A stretch of DNA of 64,000 nt. Source: Capsulimonadales bacterium. Lineage in GTDB: Bacteria > Armatimonadota > Armatimonadia > Armatimonadales > Armatimonadaceae. The stretch lies in NCBI GenBank assembly GCA_033762295.1, contig JANRLW010000070.1, positions 1 through 64,000 on the forward strand. The letters are read 5' to 3'. A program made the translations under genes and the position numbers. Of the stretch, positions 30,718-40,399 are shown piece by piece. The notes under the pieces are model-generated. The model saw only the letters and a program-made list of their open reading frames with translations. It was not told where the DNA came from and did no database searches. The stretch's first letter is position 1; every line of letters begins with the position of its first letter.

Positions 30718-31500
30718 TTATATCACTGATGCTACGTTTATGTCAATCTGACGTGCATCTGTTTCCGGTACAGGCTTTTTTCGTCCAAGCAATTCGTCCA
30801 GGATATGCTCCTCGATCTTGGTGAACTCGATGGCGCTGTGGTTGCGGGGACGTGGAAGATCGACCGTTATCGTATCCACGATCCGCCCCGCATCCAGCAC
30901 GATCACACGGTCTGCAAGCGCAATCGCCTCCTCGACATCGTGTGTCACCAGAATGACGGTGAACCCCTCTTCAAGATAGAGTTCCTCGATCAATTGCTGC
31001 ATCTCACGCCGGGTCAGCGCATCCAGCGCTCCCAGTGGTTCATCAAGCAACAGGAGCCTTGGACCGCTTGCCAGAGCACGGGCAAGCGCCACGCGCTGAC
31101 GCTGTCCGCCCGAAAGAACGCCCGGCCAGTCCCCGGCGCGATCCTCCAGGCCGACATGCGATAATGCCCGCTGTACATGCTCGCCCGGCAACAATCCAAG
31201 CCCGATATTGTCGCGCACCCGTTGCCAGGGCAGGAGACGCGCCTCCTGAAACATCAGGCGTACATCGGGCGGAGTCCCGGCAAAGGTCTGACCATCGCGT
31301 CGAATCTGACCACGGGTCGGTGTATCGAGTCCGGCGGTCAGCCGGAGCAACGTGGATTTACCGCAGCCGCTCTTCCCGACGATGGCGACAAACTCCCCGG
31401 CCTCGACCGTGAGATCGATCCCTTTAAGGACGACCTTTGCTCCAAAAGATTTCTCCACCCCCTCGACGGTCAGGCGGGTGCCGCGCTCTTGCTGTCGCAT
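30718..31500 (-). CDS. ssuB: Aliphatic sulfonate ABC transporter ATPase
   Basis: [29 protein letters not shown] and [15 protein letters not shown]. Confidence 0.9.
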   Translation of the reverse strand: MRQQERGTRLTVEGVEKSFGAKVVLKGIDLTVEAGEFVAIVGKSGCGKSTLLRLTAGLDTPTRGQIRRDGQTFAGTPPDVRLMFQEARLLPWQRVRDNIGLGLLPGEHVQRALSHVGLEDRAGDWPGVLSGGQRQRVALARALASGPRLLLLDEPLGALDALTRREMQQLIEELYLEEGFTVILVTHDVEEAIALADRVIVLDAGRIVDTITVDLPRPRNHSAIEFTKIEEHILDELLGRKKPVPETDARQIDINVASVI

Positions 31501-32360
31501 GTTGCCCTCTCCTTCCCCTCGGATCCCGGTGGCTGTGTCGCCTTTGCCCTCGTGTTTTGCTGACGTTCTGGCGGCGGTGTGGCCAGGTAATTCGCGTTCC
31601 AGGACAGCAGACGCCGTTCCAGCGCACGCGCAATCACATCGGCCAGTTTCCCCAGTAATGCATAGATCAGGGTTCCGACAACAACGATATCGGTCTGCAT
31701 AAACTCCCGCGCCGTCGTGGTCAGATAACCGATGCCCGCCTCCGCTGCCAGCGCTTCCGCCGCAATCAATGTCAGCCACATCGAGCCAAGCGAGAAACGC
31801 AGACCGACCAGGATAGAGGGCAGAGCGCCGGGAAAGATCACCAGACGGAACAATCGCCATCCGCGCAGACCATAAACCTCTGCCATCTCGCGCAGACCGG
31901 GATCGATCGAACGAATGCCATGGTAGGTGTTGAGATAGAGCGGGAAGAAAACCCCGAGCGCGATCAGAAAGACCTTAGTCTCCTCCCCGATGCCGAACCA
32001 GAGGATGACCAGGGGAATCATCGCCAGGTTGGGGATCGTGCGCAACATCTGCACCGTGCTATCGAGCAACGTGTAGGCGAGCCGTGACAGACCGGTGAGC
32101 AGACCAAGAGCAAAGCCAATGCTTCCTCCGATGAAAAGCCCGGTCAGCGCACGACCGGAGCTAACGGCGAGATGTTTCCAGAGATCCCCCGACTGGATCA
32201 AGGTCGACCCCGCCTTCAGGACAGCCGTTGGCGCGGGCAGGATCTTTGTCGGCAGAATGCCGGTGACGGAGAGAATATGCCAGAGCAGAAACAGCGTCAG
32301 AGGCAAGGCATAGGGCAATATGGCACCAGAAATCGCTCCGATTCGCCTGTTTATCTTCAC
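31470..32360 (-). CDS. ssuC: Aliphatic sulfonate ABC transporter permease
   Basis: [23 protein letters not shown] and [15 protein letters not shown]. Confidence 0.92.
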   Translation of the reverse strand: MKINRRIGAISGAILPYALPLTLFLLWHILSVTGILPTKILPAPTAVLKAGSTLIQSGDLWKHLAVSSGRALTGLFIGGSIGFALGLLTGLSRLAYTLLDSTVQMLRTIPNLAMIPLVILWFGIGEETKVFLIALGVFFPLYLNTYHGIRSIDPGLREMAEVYGLRGWRLFRLVIFPGALPSILVGLRFSLGSMWLTLIAAEALAAEAGIGYLTTTAREFMQTDIVVVGTLIYALLGKLADVIARALERRLLSWNANYLATPPPERQQNTRAKATQPPGSEGKERATCDSKSAAPA

Positions 32361-33394
32361 GGTCGAACGTTCTTTCTGTCAGCCGGAGCAAGAAGGGCAT
32401 ACTGCGCCGGGGTCAATGTCGCCTCGCGCACATCGATCTTTCGTGGCAGCAATCCGATCTTATAGAAGTTATCCGCCGAGGTCTGTTGCGCTGCGATTAT
32501 TTTTTCATCAATGGAACGAGCGCCCGTTCGAGAGCGCCGCTGCAAAAGAAACGTCAGCGTTTCCTTATCGACTCCCGTGTTCCGAGCAAGCAGATCGGCG
32601 GTTTCCTGCGGATGCTGGTAGGACCATTCGCTCGCCCGATCCACCTCCTCCAGAACGATCTTGATCAACTCCGGATGCTCCTCGGCGAACTTGCGCGAGG
32701 AGAGATAGAACGCTCCCGGCGTGTTGATTCCCACACGATTGGCGATGATCCGTGCCCCGCTCTGTTTTATCGCGACCGCGAGAAACGGGTCCCAGACGAC
32801 CCAGGCATCGATCTTCCCGGACTCGAATGCAACGCGTGCATCCGGTGGCGCAAGATAGAGCGGTTGTATGTCCGAGTAGGCGATTCCCGCCTTCTGCAGA
32901 TGCTGCAACAGCAGATTATGAGAGCCGGATGCCTTTTGAAAGGCGATCTTCTTCCCCTTCAAGTCCTGAACCGATCGTATCGGTGAGTTTTTGGGGACGA
33001 TGATCGCCTCACCATCCTCGGCATGCTCACCAAGGGGAATATTGGCAATATAGACAAGTGGGGTTCCGGCGGCCTGAGCGAACAGCGCCGGAGAGTCGCC
33101 GGTCGAGCCAATATCGATACTTCCGACTCCAAGCGCTTCAAGCAGAGGCAGTCCGGCAGTGAAATTGAGCCACTCGACGCTCACTCCTGCCGGTGCCAGA
33201 CGCTTCTCCAGGTCGCCACGTAGTTTCAGCAGATTGAGCGGGTCGGCACGCTGATGCCCGATTCGCAGGACGACATGCTTCCGGTTCGTGGCGGCAACAC
33301 CTGTCGCCGCTGTCTCCCCGGCGGGCCGGGAACAGCCGGAAAGACAGACGCAGACCCCTAACAGCACCAGAATAAACCCGCACATCCTGCTCAT
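32357..33394 (-). CDS. ssuA: Aliphatic sulfonate-binding lipoprotein
   Basis: Lipobox LSGC; LEALGVGSID, FAQAAG and DAWVVWDPF. Confidence 0.9.
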   Translation of the reverse strand: MSRMCGFILVLLGVCVCLSGCSRPAGETAATGVAATNRKHVVLRIGHQRADPLNLLKLRGDLEKRLAPAGVSVEWLNFTAGLPLLEALGVGSIDIGSTGDSPALFAQAAGTPLVYIANIPLGEHAEDGEAIIVPKNSPIRSVQDLKGKKIAFQKASGSHNLLLQHLQKAGIAYSDIQPLYLAPPDARVAFESGKIDAWVVWDPFLAVAIKQSGARIIANRVGINTPGAFYLSSRKFAEEHPELIKIVLEEVDRASEWSYQHPQETADLLARNTGVDKETLTFLLQRRSRTGARSIDEKIIAAQQTSADNFYKIGLLPRKIDVREATLTPAQYALLAPADRKNVRP

Positions 33395-33414
33395 GTGTTT
33401 TCTCGTTCTCTACT

Positions 33415-34293
33415 TTAGTCTTCGATAAACCAGCCAGCGGCGCTCGGATACTTCACCCGGCTGTAGACGACACCGTTGGGATTGGGATTCGGCACCAGAT
33501 TCTGATAGGACGCAAGCGACCCATCGGTGATGGAGGGGTTCGGGTCGCCGGTGTAGGACGGCGTCGAGGATCGGACCCACTTGGCATGTCCATCGCCGAA
33601 CGCGTAGTTGCCGCCGTCACTATGGCGGCTGCGCCCGGTGAAATACTCCGCGCTACAGATCACGGCATCCGGGATCTGGGCCAGAACGACGGGATCATCG
33701 ATGCCATCGGTCCAGACACAGCGGCCACGCGCCTCCGTCAACAGGATTACCTGCGCCGGGTACTGTGGCTTGGCCAGGGTGGCGGAAGGAATCCGTCGTT
33801 CGGCGGCGACATTGAGCGCCATGGTCCCAATCAGGTATCGATTGACCGAATAGGAGAGCGAGGGGCGATAGGGGTTGCCTGCGGTCGAGTTGCCCGCGGT
33901 CCGCCCGGACTTATCGAAGGCGGGGCAGACAAAGATGCTTTTGCCGCCAGCCTGGGCGACGCTCGATGCCATCCCCGCCTTGATATAGGGATCGACGGTA
34001 TAGAGCCAGGTAACGTTGCCGATGCCGGGCGTCGCGCCCTCCGGCGTCGAGTTGGCCAGGGGATAGGTCTCATCGTAATCCTGTGCATACATCAGAAAAC
34101 CGAGACCAAGCTGCTTCAGGTTTGAGAGGCAGGTCGTCTGTCGTGCTTTGTCCCTTGCCTGGGCGAACACTGGGAAAAGAATCGCTGCCAGTATGGCGAT
34201 TATGGCGATAACAACGAGCAGCTCGATCAGCGTAAACCCCGCTCCGGGGTGGAAACCGGATATGATCTTCCGATACGTGGGAGATGGTTTCAT
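33415..34293 (-). CDS. Prepilin-type N-terminal cleavage / DUF1559 / H-X9-DG protein
   Basis: [29 protein letters not shown] and [17 protein letters not shown]. Confidence 0.9.
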   Translation of the reverse strand: MKPSPTYRKIISGFHPGAGFTLIELLVVIAIIAILAAILFPVFAQARDKARQTTCLSNLKQLGLGFLMYAQDYDETYPLANSTPEGATPGIGNVTWLYTVDPYIKAGMASSVAQAGGKSIFVCPAFDKSGRTAGNSTAGNPYRPSLSYSVNRYLIGTMALNVAAERRIPSATLAKPQYPAQVILLTEARGRCVWTDGIDDPVVLAQIPDAVICSAEYFTGRSRHSDGGNYAFGDGHAKWVRSSTPSYTGDPNPSITDGSLASYQNLVPNPNPNGVVYSRVKYPSAAGWFIED

Positions 34294-34347
34294 AAAAACT
34301 CCTTCAACAACCGTTCCAAAAAAAGTAAAAGGGTAGTCTCCGTTTCC

Positions 34348-35424
34348 CTAACGTTCCTGGACAAGGGGCAGAAGTGGGAATACCAGTTCCGCGAACCGGT
34401 ACGCCTCTTCAAGGTGGGGATAGCCTGACAGAATAAAACTGTCGATGCCGAGGTCCGCGTACTCGCGCATCCGTTCGGCGACGGTCGCCGGATCGCCGAC
34501 CAGGGCGGTGCCAACGCCGGGGCGCACCAGACCCAGACCGGCCCACAAGTTGGGACTGACCTCAAGGTGCGGGCCGCGTTTGCCTCCGTGCAGAGCCTGC
34601 ATTCGACGTTGCCCTTCCGAGTTATCCCGTGAAAGCCAGTCCTGTGCGCGGGCGATCGTCTGATCGTCGAGACGCGAGATCAGTCGATCCGCCGCTTCCC
34701 AGGCCTCGTCACAGGTCTCACGCACAATGACATGCAGGCGGATACCAAAACGCACCGTTCGCCCGAACTCCGCCGCCTTCTCACGAACGCGATCTAATTT
34801 CTCTTTGACCTGCGCGGGCGGTTCCCCCCAGGTGAGATAGACATCGCTATGCCTGGCTCCGACCCGGATGCCCTCATCGGAGGAGCCGCCGAACCAGAGC
34901 GGCGGATAGGGCTTTTGTACGGTCGGGAACGGGTTACTCCCCCCCTCGATCCGGAAGAAGTCCCCCGCGAAGTCCGCTTTGCCCTCCTCCAAAAGAGAAC
35001 GCCAGACGGTCAGGAACTCATCGGTCACCTGATAGCGGCGATTGTCCTCGACAAAGATCCCTTCCGCCGCCATCCGGTCCTGCGCTCCGCTCCCCGTCAC
35101 GATATTGATCAGCAGACGTCCTCCGGTCATCCGGTCAAACGTCGCCGCCATACGCGCCGCCAGAGCGGGCTGCATGATCGCCGGGCGGATCGCCACCAAA
35201 AAGCGTAACCGCTGGGTCAATGCCGAGAGCCCGGATGCCAGAACCCACCCCTCCGGGCAGCCGACACCGGTCGGGAGCAATGCGCCATAGTAGCCAAGGG
35301 AATCCAGAGCCGTCGCCAGCGTCTTGAGGTAACCAAAGTCGGTCTGCCGACGCAGGACAGGTGAGCCAAGATAATGCTCATCGCCCGGAGTCGGAAAAAA
35401 CCAGAGAACGCGAATTCCACTCAT
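34348..35424 (-). CDS. ssuD: FMNH2-dependent alkanesulfonate monooxygenase (LLM family)
   Basis: LLPTG, FLVAIRP, YLTWGEPP, PNLWAGLGLVR and SGYPHLEEAYRFAE. Confidence 0.9.
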   Translation of the reverse strand: MSGIRVLWFFPTPGDEHYLGSPVLRRQTDFGYLKTLATALDSLGYYGALLPTGVGCPEGWVLASGLSALTQRLRFLVAIRPAIMQPALAARMAATFDRMTGGRLLINIVTGSGAQDRMAAEGIFVEDNRRYQVTDEFLTVWRSLLEEGKADFAGDFFRIEGGSNPFPTVQKPYPPLWFGGSSDEGIRVGARHSDVYLTWGEPPAQVKEKLDRVREKAAEFGRTVRFGIRLHVIVRETCDEAWEAADRLISRLDDQTIARAQDWLSRDNSEGQRRMQALHGGKRGPHLEVSPNLWAGLGLVRPGVGTALVGDPATVAERMREYADLGIDSFILSGYPHLEEAYRFAELVFPLLPLVQER

Positions 35425-35456
35425 ACTTATATTCTTATACTTCTTACGGCGTCGTC

Positions 35457-35552
35457 CAAAACGACGAAAGGCTGGAAACCCGGCCAGAAACCGCCCGATT
35501 CCTCCGGCAGTCTCCAGCAGAAAGGTTTCCAGCCTCCTGTTGACAGGTCAGC
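35457..35552 (-). promoter_or_regulatory. Leader attenuator copy 1: conserved 21-nt hairpin (35532-35552) overlapping a long terminator
   Basis: Minus strand GCTGACCTGTCAACAGGAGGC; arms GAGGCTGGAAACC / GGTTTCCAGCCTT, followed by a T-rich tail. Confidence 0.75.
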
Positions 35553-35574
35553 TACTTTCTCAAATTTATCGCAT

Positions 35575-35592
35575 ACCGATTAAATCGGTCGA
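35575..35592. promoter_or_regulatory. Palindromic operator-like box (Rrf2/CymR-like)
   Basis: ACCGATT-A-AATCGGT just downstream of the leftward promoter. Confidence 0.55.
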
Positions 35593-35620
35593 ATTTTACA
35601 ACAATATCTCATTCATCCAG

Positions 35621-35649
35621 AGTATAGCCTGGCATTTCAGGTATGTCAA
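35621..35649 (-). promoter_or_regulatory. sigma70 promoter of the leftward ssu operon
   Basis: TTGACA-17-TATACT on the minus strand. Confidence 0.85.
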
Positions 35650-35685
35650 GTTAAAGTAGCTCTTTTCTTGTTTTGCCTTACGCCC

Positions 35686-35714
35686 TTGACAACGGGGTTC
35701 TATCGGGGCATAAT
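35686..35714 (+). promoter_or_regulatory. sigma70 promoter of the rightward ssuD-tauD operon
   Basis: TTGACA-17-CATAAT. Confidence 0.85.
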
Positions 35715-35808
35715 GCCCGAACAAGCAAAGTTGATTTTAGCAATCAACTAACCGGCAATTTAATAGCGTATTCCGTTTTTACGCTATGCCGGCGGTCCGT
35801 TACGACCG

Positions 35809-35880
35809 GCTGACCCGTTAACGGGAGGCCAGAGCTTTATGAACGACATTTCGTTCGTAAAGCTCTGGCCTCGTTTTTTT
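35809..35880 (+). promoter_or_regulatory. Leader attenuator copy 2: 21-nt hairpin (35809-35829) + 22-bp intrinsic terminator
   Basis: GCTGACCCGTTAACGGGAGGC; GAGGCCAGAGCTTTATGAACGA-catt-TCGTTCGTAAAGCTCTGGCCTC-GTTTTTTT. Confidence 0.8.
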
Positions 35881-35908
35881 GGCGTGTCGCTTCGACAGGA
35901 GAAAGACC

Positions 35909-37114
35909 ATGAACGGACTCGATGTTTTCTGGTATTTACCGACACAGGGTGATGAACGATATCTCGGCACCTCACACGGACTGCGAAAGCCGACGCCCGC
36001 CTATCTGCAACAGATCACGCAGGCGGTCGATTCCCTAGGCTACGGGGGCATGTTGCTCGGCACGGGCACCAAACTCGACCCGTTGATCGTGGCCACTTCC
36101 CTGATCCATGTCACAAAACGCCTCAAGTTTCTGGTCGCGGCCCGCCCCTCCATCATGACGCCTGCACTCTGGGCACGTATGGCGGCCAGTTTCGATCAGT
36201 TGTCGCAGGGACGGATTCTGCTCAATATCGTCACCGGCGGCAGCACCGAACAGTTGGAGAGCGATGGGATCTTCGCCGATCATGAGGAGCGCTATGAGAT
36301 CACCGATGAGTTCCTGCATATCTGGCGCTCCCTGATGCTCGGGGAAACGGTGAATTTCGAGGGCAAACATCTCCGCATCAAAAACGGCCAGCAGCAGCTA
36401 CAGCCGATCCAGAAGCCCTATCCTCCGCTCTACTTCGGCGGTTCCTCCCCTGCGGCGCTCGATGTCGCCGCCCGCCATATCGATGTCTACCTCTCCTGGG
36501 GCGAACCGCCGGCGATGGTCCGGGAAAAGATCGAGGAGGTGCGCCGCCGTGCCGCTACCCATGGACGCACTCTTCGCTTTGGTATCCGTCTCCATATCAT
36601 CGCCCGTGAGACCGATGCCGAAGCCTGGGCCGTCGCCGAGAAACTGATCCAGCATGTCAGCGATGAGTCGATCCAGCGAACGCTTAAATCCTATGAGCGT
36701 TCTGAGTCCGAGGGACAGAAACGGATGGCGTCGCTTCACAACGGTCGGCGCGACAGTCTGGAAATCTACCCCAACCTCTGGGCGGGTGTCGGCCTTGCCC
36801 GTGGCGGCGCGGGAACCGCTCTGGTCGGATCGGGCCAATCCATTGCCCGTCTGATGGGCGAGTATCAGGAGCTTGGCATCGACACCTTTGTTCTTTCCGG
36901 CTACCCCTCGCTTGAGGAAGCCTATCACTGCGCCGAGTATGTTTTCCCCCATCTGAAACAGCCCGTTCCCGCGACCTCGCCCTTTAACTCAGGTACGGAA
37001 GGGCCACAGATGGCACGCTGGCGCACCGCCCACGATGTTTCCGAATCGGCAGTCCAGTCTCCGCTAACGAAGGTCGCCGCACGAAATGAACCGGCGCTTT
37101 CAGGAAGGAACTGA
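35909..37114 (+). CDS. ssuD: FMNH2-dependent alkanesulfonate monooxygenase, second copy
   Basis: VFWYLPTQGDERYLG, YLSWGEPP, YPNLWAGVGL and SGYPSLEEAY; RBS AGGAGA. Confidence 0.9.
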   Translation: MNGLDVFWYLPTQGDERYLGTSHGLRKPTPAYLQQITQAVDSLGYGGMLLGTGTKLDPLIVATSLIHVTKRLKFLVAARPSIMTPALWARMAASFDQLSQGRILLNIVTGGSTEQLESDGIFADHEERYEITDEFLHIWRSLMLGETVNFEGKHLRIKNGQQQLQPIQKPYPPLYFGGSSPAALDVAARHIDVYLSWGEPPAMVREKIEEVRRRAATHGRTLRFGIRLHIIARETDAEAWAVAEKLIQHVSDESIQRTLKSYERSESEGQKRMASLHNGRRDSLEIYPNLWAGVGLARGGAGTALVGSGQSIARLMGEYQELGIDTFVLSGYPSLEEAYHCAEYVFPHLKQPVPATSPFNSGTEGPQMARWRTAHDVSESAVQSPLTKVAARNEPALSGRN

Positions 37115-37116
37115 TC

Positions 37117-38184
37117 ATGCGAGGTACACCCCTTCCTCTCCTGTCGCTCACGCTATGGATACTGACCATCACCGGTTGTACGACAACGCCGACCGGGAGC
37201 GGCACAACAACAGCACAGGCTCCAGTGAAGCTACGGATCGGTTATGGCAAAGGCGGCAACTTCAATATCATGCGCCTGCGCGGCACACTGGAGAAGCGGC
37301 TTGCCGGACAGAATGTGAAGGTCGAATGGATCAACTTCCCGATGGGGCCGCAGGCGATGGAGGCGATCGGTACACGTAGCCTGGAGATCGGCAGCACCGC
37401 CGCCACCCCTCCGCTCTTTGCGCAGGCGGCGGGAATCGACTTCGTCTATGCCGCCAACACTCCTCCTGGCAAATCCGGCAGTGGCGGCGCAATCATCGTC
37501 CCGATCGATTCGCCGCTTCGCTCCCTTCGTGATCTCAAAGGGAAACGAGTCGCTTTTCAGCCCGGCGCGGTCTGGCAGTACCTGCTGATCAAGGCGCTGG
37601 AACGTGAGGGAATGCAGTATTCCGATATCATTGCGGTCAAGATGCCGCCCGCCGATGCCACCGCCGCCTTTCATAGCGGTTCCATCGACGCCTGGGTTCA
37701 GGGTGAGCCCTACCTCACGCTGGTGCAGCAGAAGGGTGAGGGGCGCATTCTGGTCAGTACAAAGGACATCCCGACCTCCGGTGGCTTTATTCTCACACCA
37801 CGCACCTTCGCCGCCGAACACCCGGAACTGATCCAGGTGACGCTCGATGAACTGCGAAAGACAGGCGATTGGGCGCGGCAGCACCCGCATGAGGCAGCCA
37901 CCATGACCGCGCAGTCCGGCGGGTTAGACGTGCCCACCCTCGAACAGATGATCCGCCAGCAGGAGAACACCGAACTGCGCCCGGTCGATGCCAGCGTCAT
38001 TGCGCTTCAACAGGAGCAGGCCGACTATCTGACCCGTCTCAAGATCCTACCCCGGAAGATTGCGGTGCAGGATGCCGTGCTCTCCGCAGACCAGTACGCC
38101 CGTATTCTGCCGCCTCCCGCATCCCATCAGGAGGCGCGTGCGATACAGACCACTTCCACGATTCATCAGACCCGCGAAAGGTAG
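37117..38184 (+). CDS. SsuA-type sulfonate/sulfate-ester binding lipoprotein
   Basis: Lipobox ITGC; FAQAAG, DLKGKRVA and IDAW. Confidence 0.85.
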   Translation: MRGTPLPLLSLTLWILTITGCTTTPTGSGTTTAQAPVKLRIGYGKGGNFNIMRLRGTLEKRLAGQNVKVEWINFPMGPQAMEAIGTRSLEIGSTAATPPLFAQAAGIDFVYAANTPPGKSGSGGAIIVPIDSPLRSLRDLKGKRVAFQPGAVWQYLLIKALEREGMQYSDIIAVKMPPADATAAFHSGSIDAWVQGEPYLTLVQQKGEGRILVSTKDIPTSGGFILTPRTFAAEHPELIQVTLDELRKTGDWARQHPHEAATMTAQSGGLDVPTLEQMIRQQENTELRPVDASVIALQQEQADYLTRLKILPRKIAVQDAVLSADQYARILPPPASHQEARAIQTTSTIHQTRER

Positions 38185-38191
38185 ATTTTCC

Positions 38192-39142
38192 ATGTCCACG
38201 CAAACTTTAGACGTGCCCGTCGCTTCACGGAACGCCGCTCATCTGACAATCTCTCCGGTGACGCCGGTCATTGGCGCGGAGGTGTCCGGCATCGACCTGC
38301 GCCAACCGCTCGATGACTTCACCATCGACCAGCTTAAAAATGCCCTGCATCAATGGAAGGTCCTGTTTTTCCGCGATCAGCCGATCAGCGATCAGGACCA
38401 GTTGCGCTTCGGTCGCTACTTCGGCCCGCTGACACCGGCGCACCCGATCGCCGAGGGACTGCCAGAGCATCCGGAGATCTGGGAGCGGTCGGCATCGGAG
38501 TACAAGCGCCATCGCCCTGATGTCTCCGTCGTGACGGCGCGTCCGCCCCGTGACTACAAGGGCTGGCATATCGATATCACCTTTGTCGCAAACCCCAACA
38601 AGTACTCGATTCTACGTGGCGTCGAGATCCCGGCCTATGGCGGCGATACGCTCTGGAGCAATCTGGTTGCCGCCTATGAGGGACTATCCCCGAAGATCAA
38701 GGAATTGATCGACGACCTGCAAGCGGTGCACGGCACAAGCAGTTATGATCGCGGAAGCGGCGACAAACCGCGCAAGGGACCGTTCGTCTCCCTGCACCCA
38801 CTGGTTCGCGTGCATCCGGAGACGCGGGAGAAAGCGCTCTTCTTCAATCCGGGAACGACAACCCATATCATCGGACTGCGCGAGCGTGAGAGCCAGGCGA
38901 TCCTCGACCTGCTTGCGGAGGAGGTGACGCGCCCGGAATATCAGGTTCGGTTCCACTGGTCCCCGAATGCAATCGCCTTCTGGGATAACCAGGTGACCGC
39001 CCATGCCGGTCCGATCGACTATGCCCACTTCACCGCGACGCGCACCGTGCGACGTATCACGGTGGCGGGTGACCTGCCGGAAGGACCGGACGGTTTCCGT
39101 TCCCGGCCGATTGAGGGCGAGCTTTTCGGAATTATCGGGTAA
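38192..39142 (+). CDS. tauD: TauD/TfdA-family dioxygenase (taurine or alkylsulfate)
   Basis: IGAEVSGIDL, WHIDITF, GGDTLW, HPLVRVHPET and WDNQVTAH. Confidence 0.88.
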   Translation: MSTQTLDVPVASRNAAHLTISPVTPVIGAEVSGIDLRQPLDDFTIDQLKNALHQWKVLFFRDQPISDQDQLRFGRYFGPLTPAHPIAEGLPEHPEIWERSASEYKRHRPDVSVVTARPPRDYKGWHIDITFVANPNKYSILRGVEIPAYGGDTLWSNLVAAYEGLSPKIKELIDDLQAVHGTSSYDRGSGDKPRKGPFVSLHPLVRVHPETREKALFFNPGTTTHIIGLRERESQAILDLLAEEVTRPEYQVRFHWSPNAIAFWDNQVTAHAGPIDYAHFTATRTVRRITVAGDLPEGPDGFRSRPIEGELFGIIG

Positions 39143-39200
39143 CACGGAAAGAGCGGTCCTATCGTTTCGGTGGGGCCATCTCGAAAGGAAATTTCACCGC

Positions 39201-40229
39201 ATGGCAGGAATCGTTCCGACTGTTCCACTGGGTAAATCCGGCCTAAAAGTCAGTAACCTTTGCCTTGGCTGTATGAATTTCGGGGAGTCTACGAGTGAGG
39301 AGGACTCGCTGGAAATACTGCGTCAGGCGCATGAAACCGGCGTCACCTTCTGGGATACCGCCAATGTCTACAGCAATGGCGGCAGTGAGGCCATTCTCGG
39401 CAAAGCCTTTGAACAATTCGGCTTTCGGGATGAGATCATTCTTGCTACCAAGGTCAACGGTGCGATGGGTCCCGGTGCCAATGACCGCGGGCTTTCGCGT
39501 CGGCATATCTTAAAAGCCGTCGAGGACAGCCTGCGTCGTCTGAAGACCGACTATATCGACCTCTACCAGATGCATCGCTATGACCCGACTGTGCCTCTGG
39601 ATGAGACCCTGGAAACGCTCCATCTGCTTATCCAGCAGGGCAAGATCCGCTACTATGGCACCAGCACCTTTGCCTCATGGCAGATGGCGGATGCGCTCTG
39701 GCGGGCGCGGCTCAAGGGATGGAACGAGGCAGTGAGCGAGCAGGCCCCGTACAATATCCTCGACCGACGCATCGAAAACGACCGGGCCGGGTTCCTGCGC
39801 CAGTACGGTTGGGGTCTGATTCCCTGGTCACCGCTCGCCGGGGGACAGCTTACCGGCAAGTACGGCCAGATTCGCCCGGATAACCTGCCGGAGGGCTCCC
39901 GTATCCAGCGCAACGACCGCTGGCGCGAACGGACCAACTCCACCGCCGCTGAGGCATCCCTCGCCTTTACCGCGCTCGCACAGGAGCATGGCTACGATCC
40001 CTCTGTCGCCGCCACTGCCTGGGTCCGTCAGCAGGACATCGTCACCGCGCCGATTGTCGGCCCGCGCACGCTGGAGCAGTTTACAGGCCTTCTGCCCGCC
40101 GCGAATCTGGTCCTGCCCGCAACCTTCCTGAGCGCCGTCGATGAGATCGTTCCACCGGGAACTGCCGTCGCCCACTTCCTGAACAACGCCGGATGGCAGA
40201 TCGGTCGCCTCTCCGGCCTGGACAAATAG
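39201..40229 (+). CDS. Aldo/keto reductase
   Basis: LCLGCMNFG, DTANVY, SLRRLKTDYIDLYQMH and WSPLAGG. Confidence 0.92.
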   Translation: MAGIVPTVPLGKSGLKVSNLCLGCMNFGESTSEEDSLEILRQAHETGVTFWDTANVYSNGGSEAILGKAFEQFGFRDEIILATKVNGAMGPGANDRGLSRRHILKAVEDSLRRLKTDYIDLYQMHRYDPTVPLDETLETLHLLIQQGKIRYYGTSTFASWQMADALWRARLKGWNEAVSEQAPYNILDRRIENDRAGFLRQYGWGLIPWSPLAGGQLTGKYGQIRPDNLPEGSRIQRNDRWRERTNSTAAEASLAFTALAQEHGYDPSVAATAWVRQQDIVTAPIVGPRTLEQFTGLLPAANLVLPATFLSAVDEIVPPGTAVAHFLNNAGWQIGRLSGLDK

Positions 40230-40238
40230 CGTTGCGAC

Positions 40239-40267
40239 TTGACAGGGAATCGCTTTCGTGTTATAAC
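40239..40267 (+). promoter_or_regulatory. sigma70 promoter of the second DUF1559 gene
   Basis: TTGACA-17-TATAAC with an extended TG; box TCGATCAATTAAATCAG at 40289-40305. Confidence 0.8.
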
Positions 40268-40322
40268 GAAAACGCAATCACATATTCGTCGATCAATTAA
40301 ATCAGTATTAATCAAAACCAGT

Positions 40323-40385
40323 GCTGACCCGTCATCGGGAGGCCGGTAGAATCGCAAACCGCGATCTACCGGCCTTTGTCTTTTT
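40323..40385 (+). promoter_or_regulatory. Leader attenuator copy 3: 21-nt hairpin (40323-40343) + intrinsic terminator
   Basis: GCTGACCCGTCATCGGGAGGC; AGGCCGGTAGA...TCTACCGGCCT-TTGTCTTTTT, then RBS GGAGG. Confidence 0.8.
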
Positions 40386-40399
40386 GGAGGAAACCAAGT

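Noticed and set aside
35460..35880. SAM riboswitch or T-box in the sulfur leaders
   Set aside because: No SAM-I core or T-box consensus seen; the leaders are short and share only the 21-nt motif.
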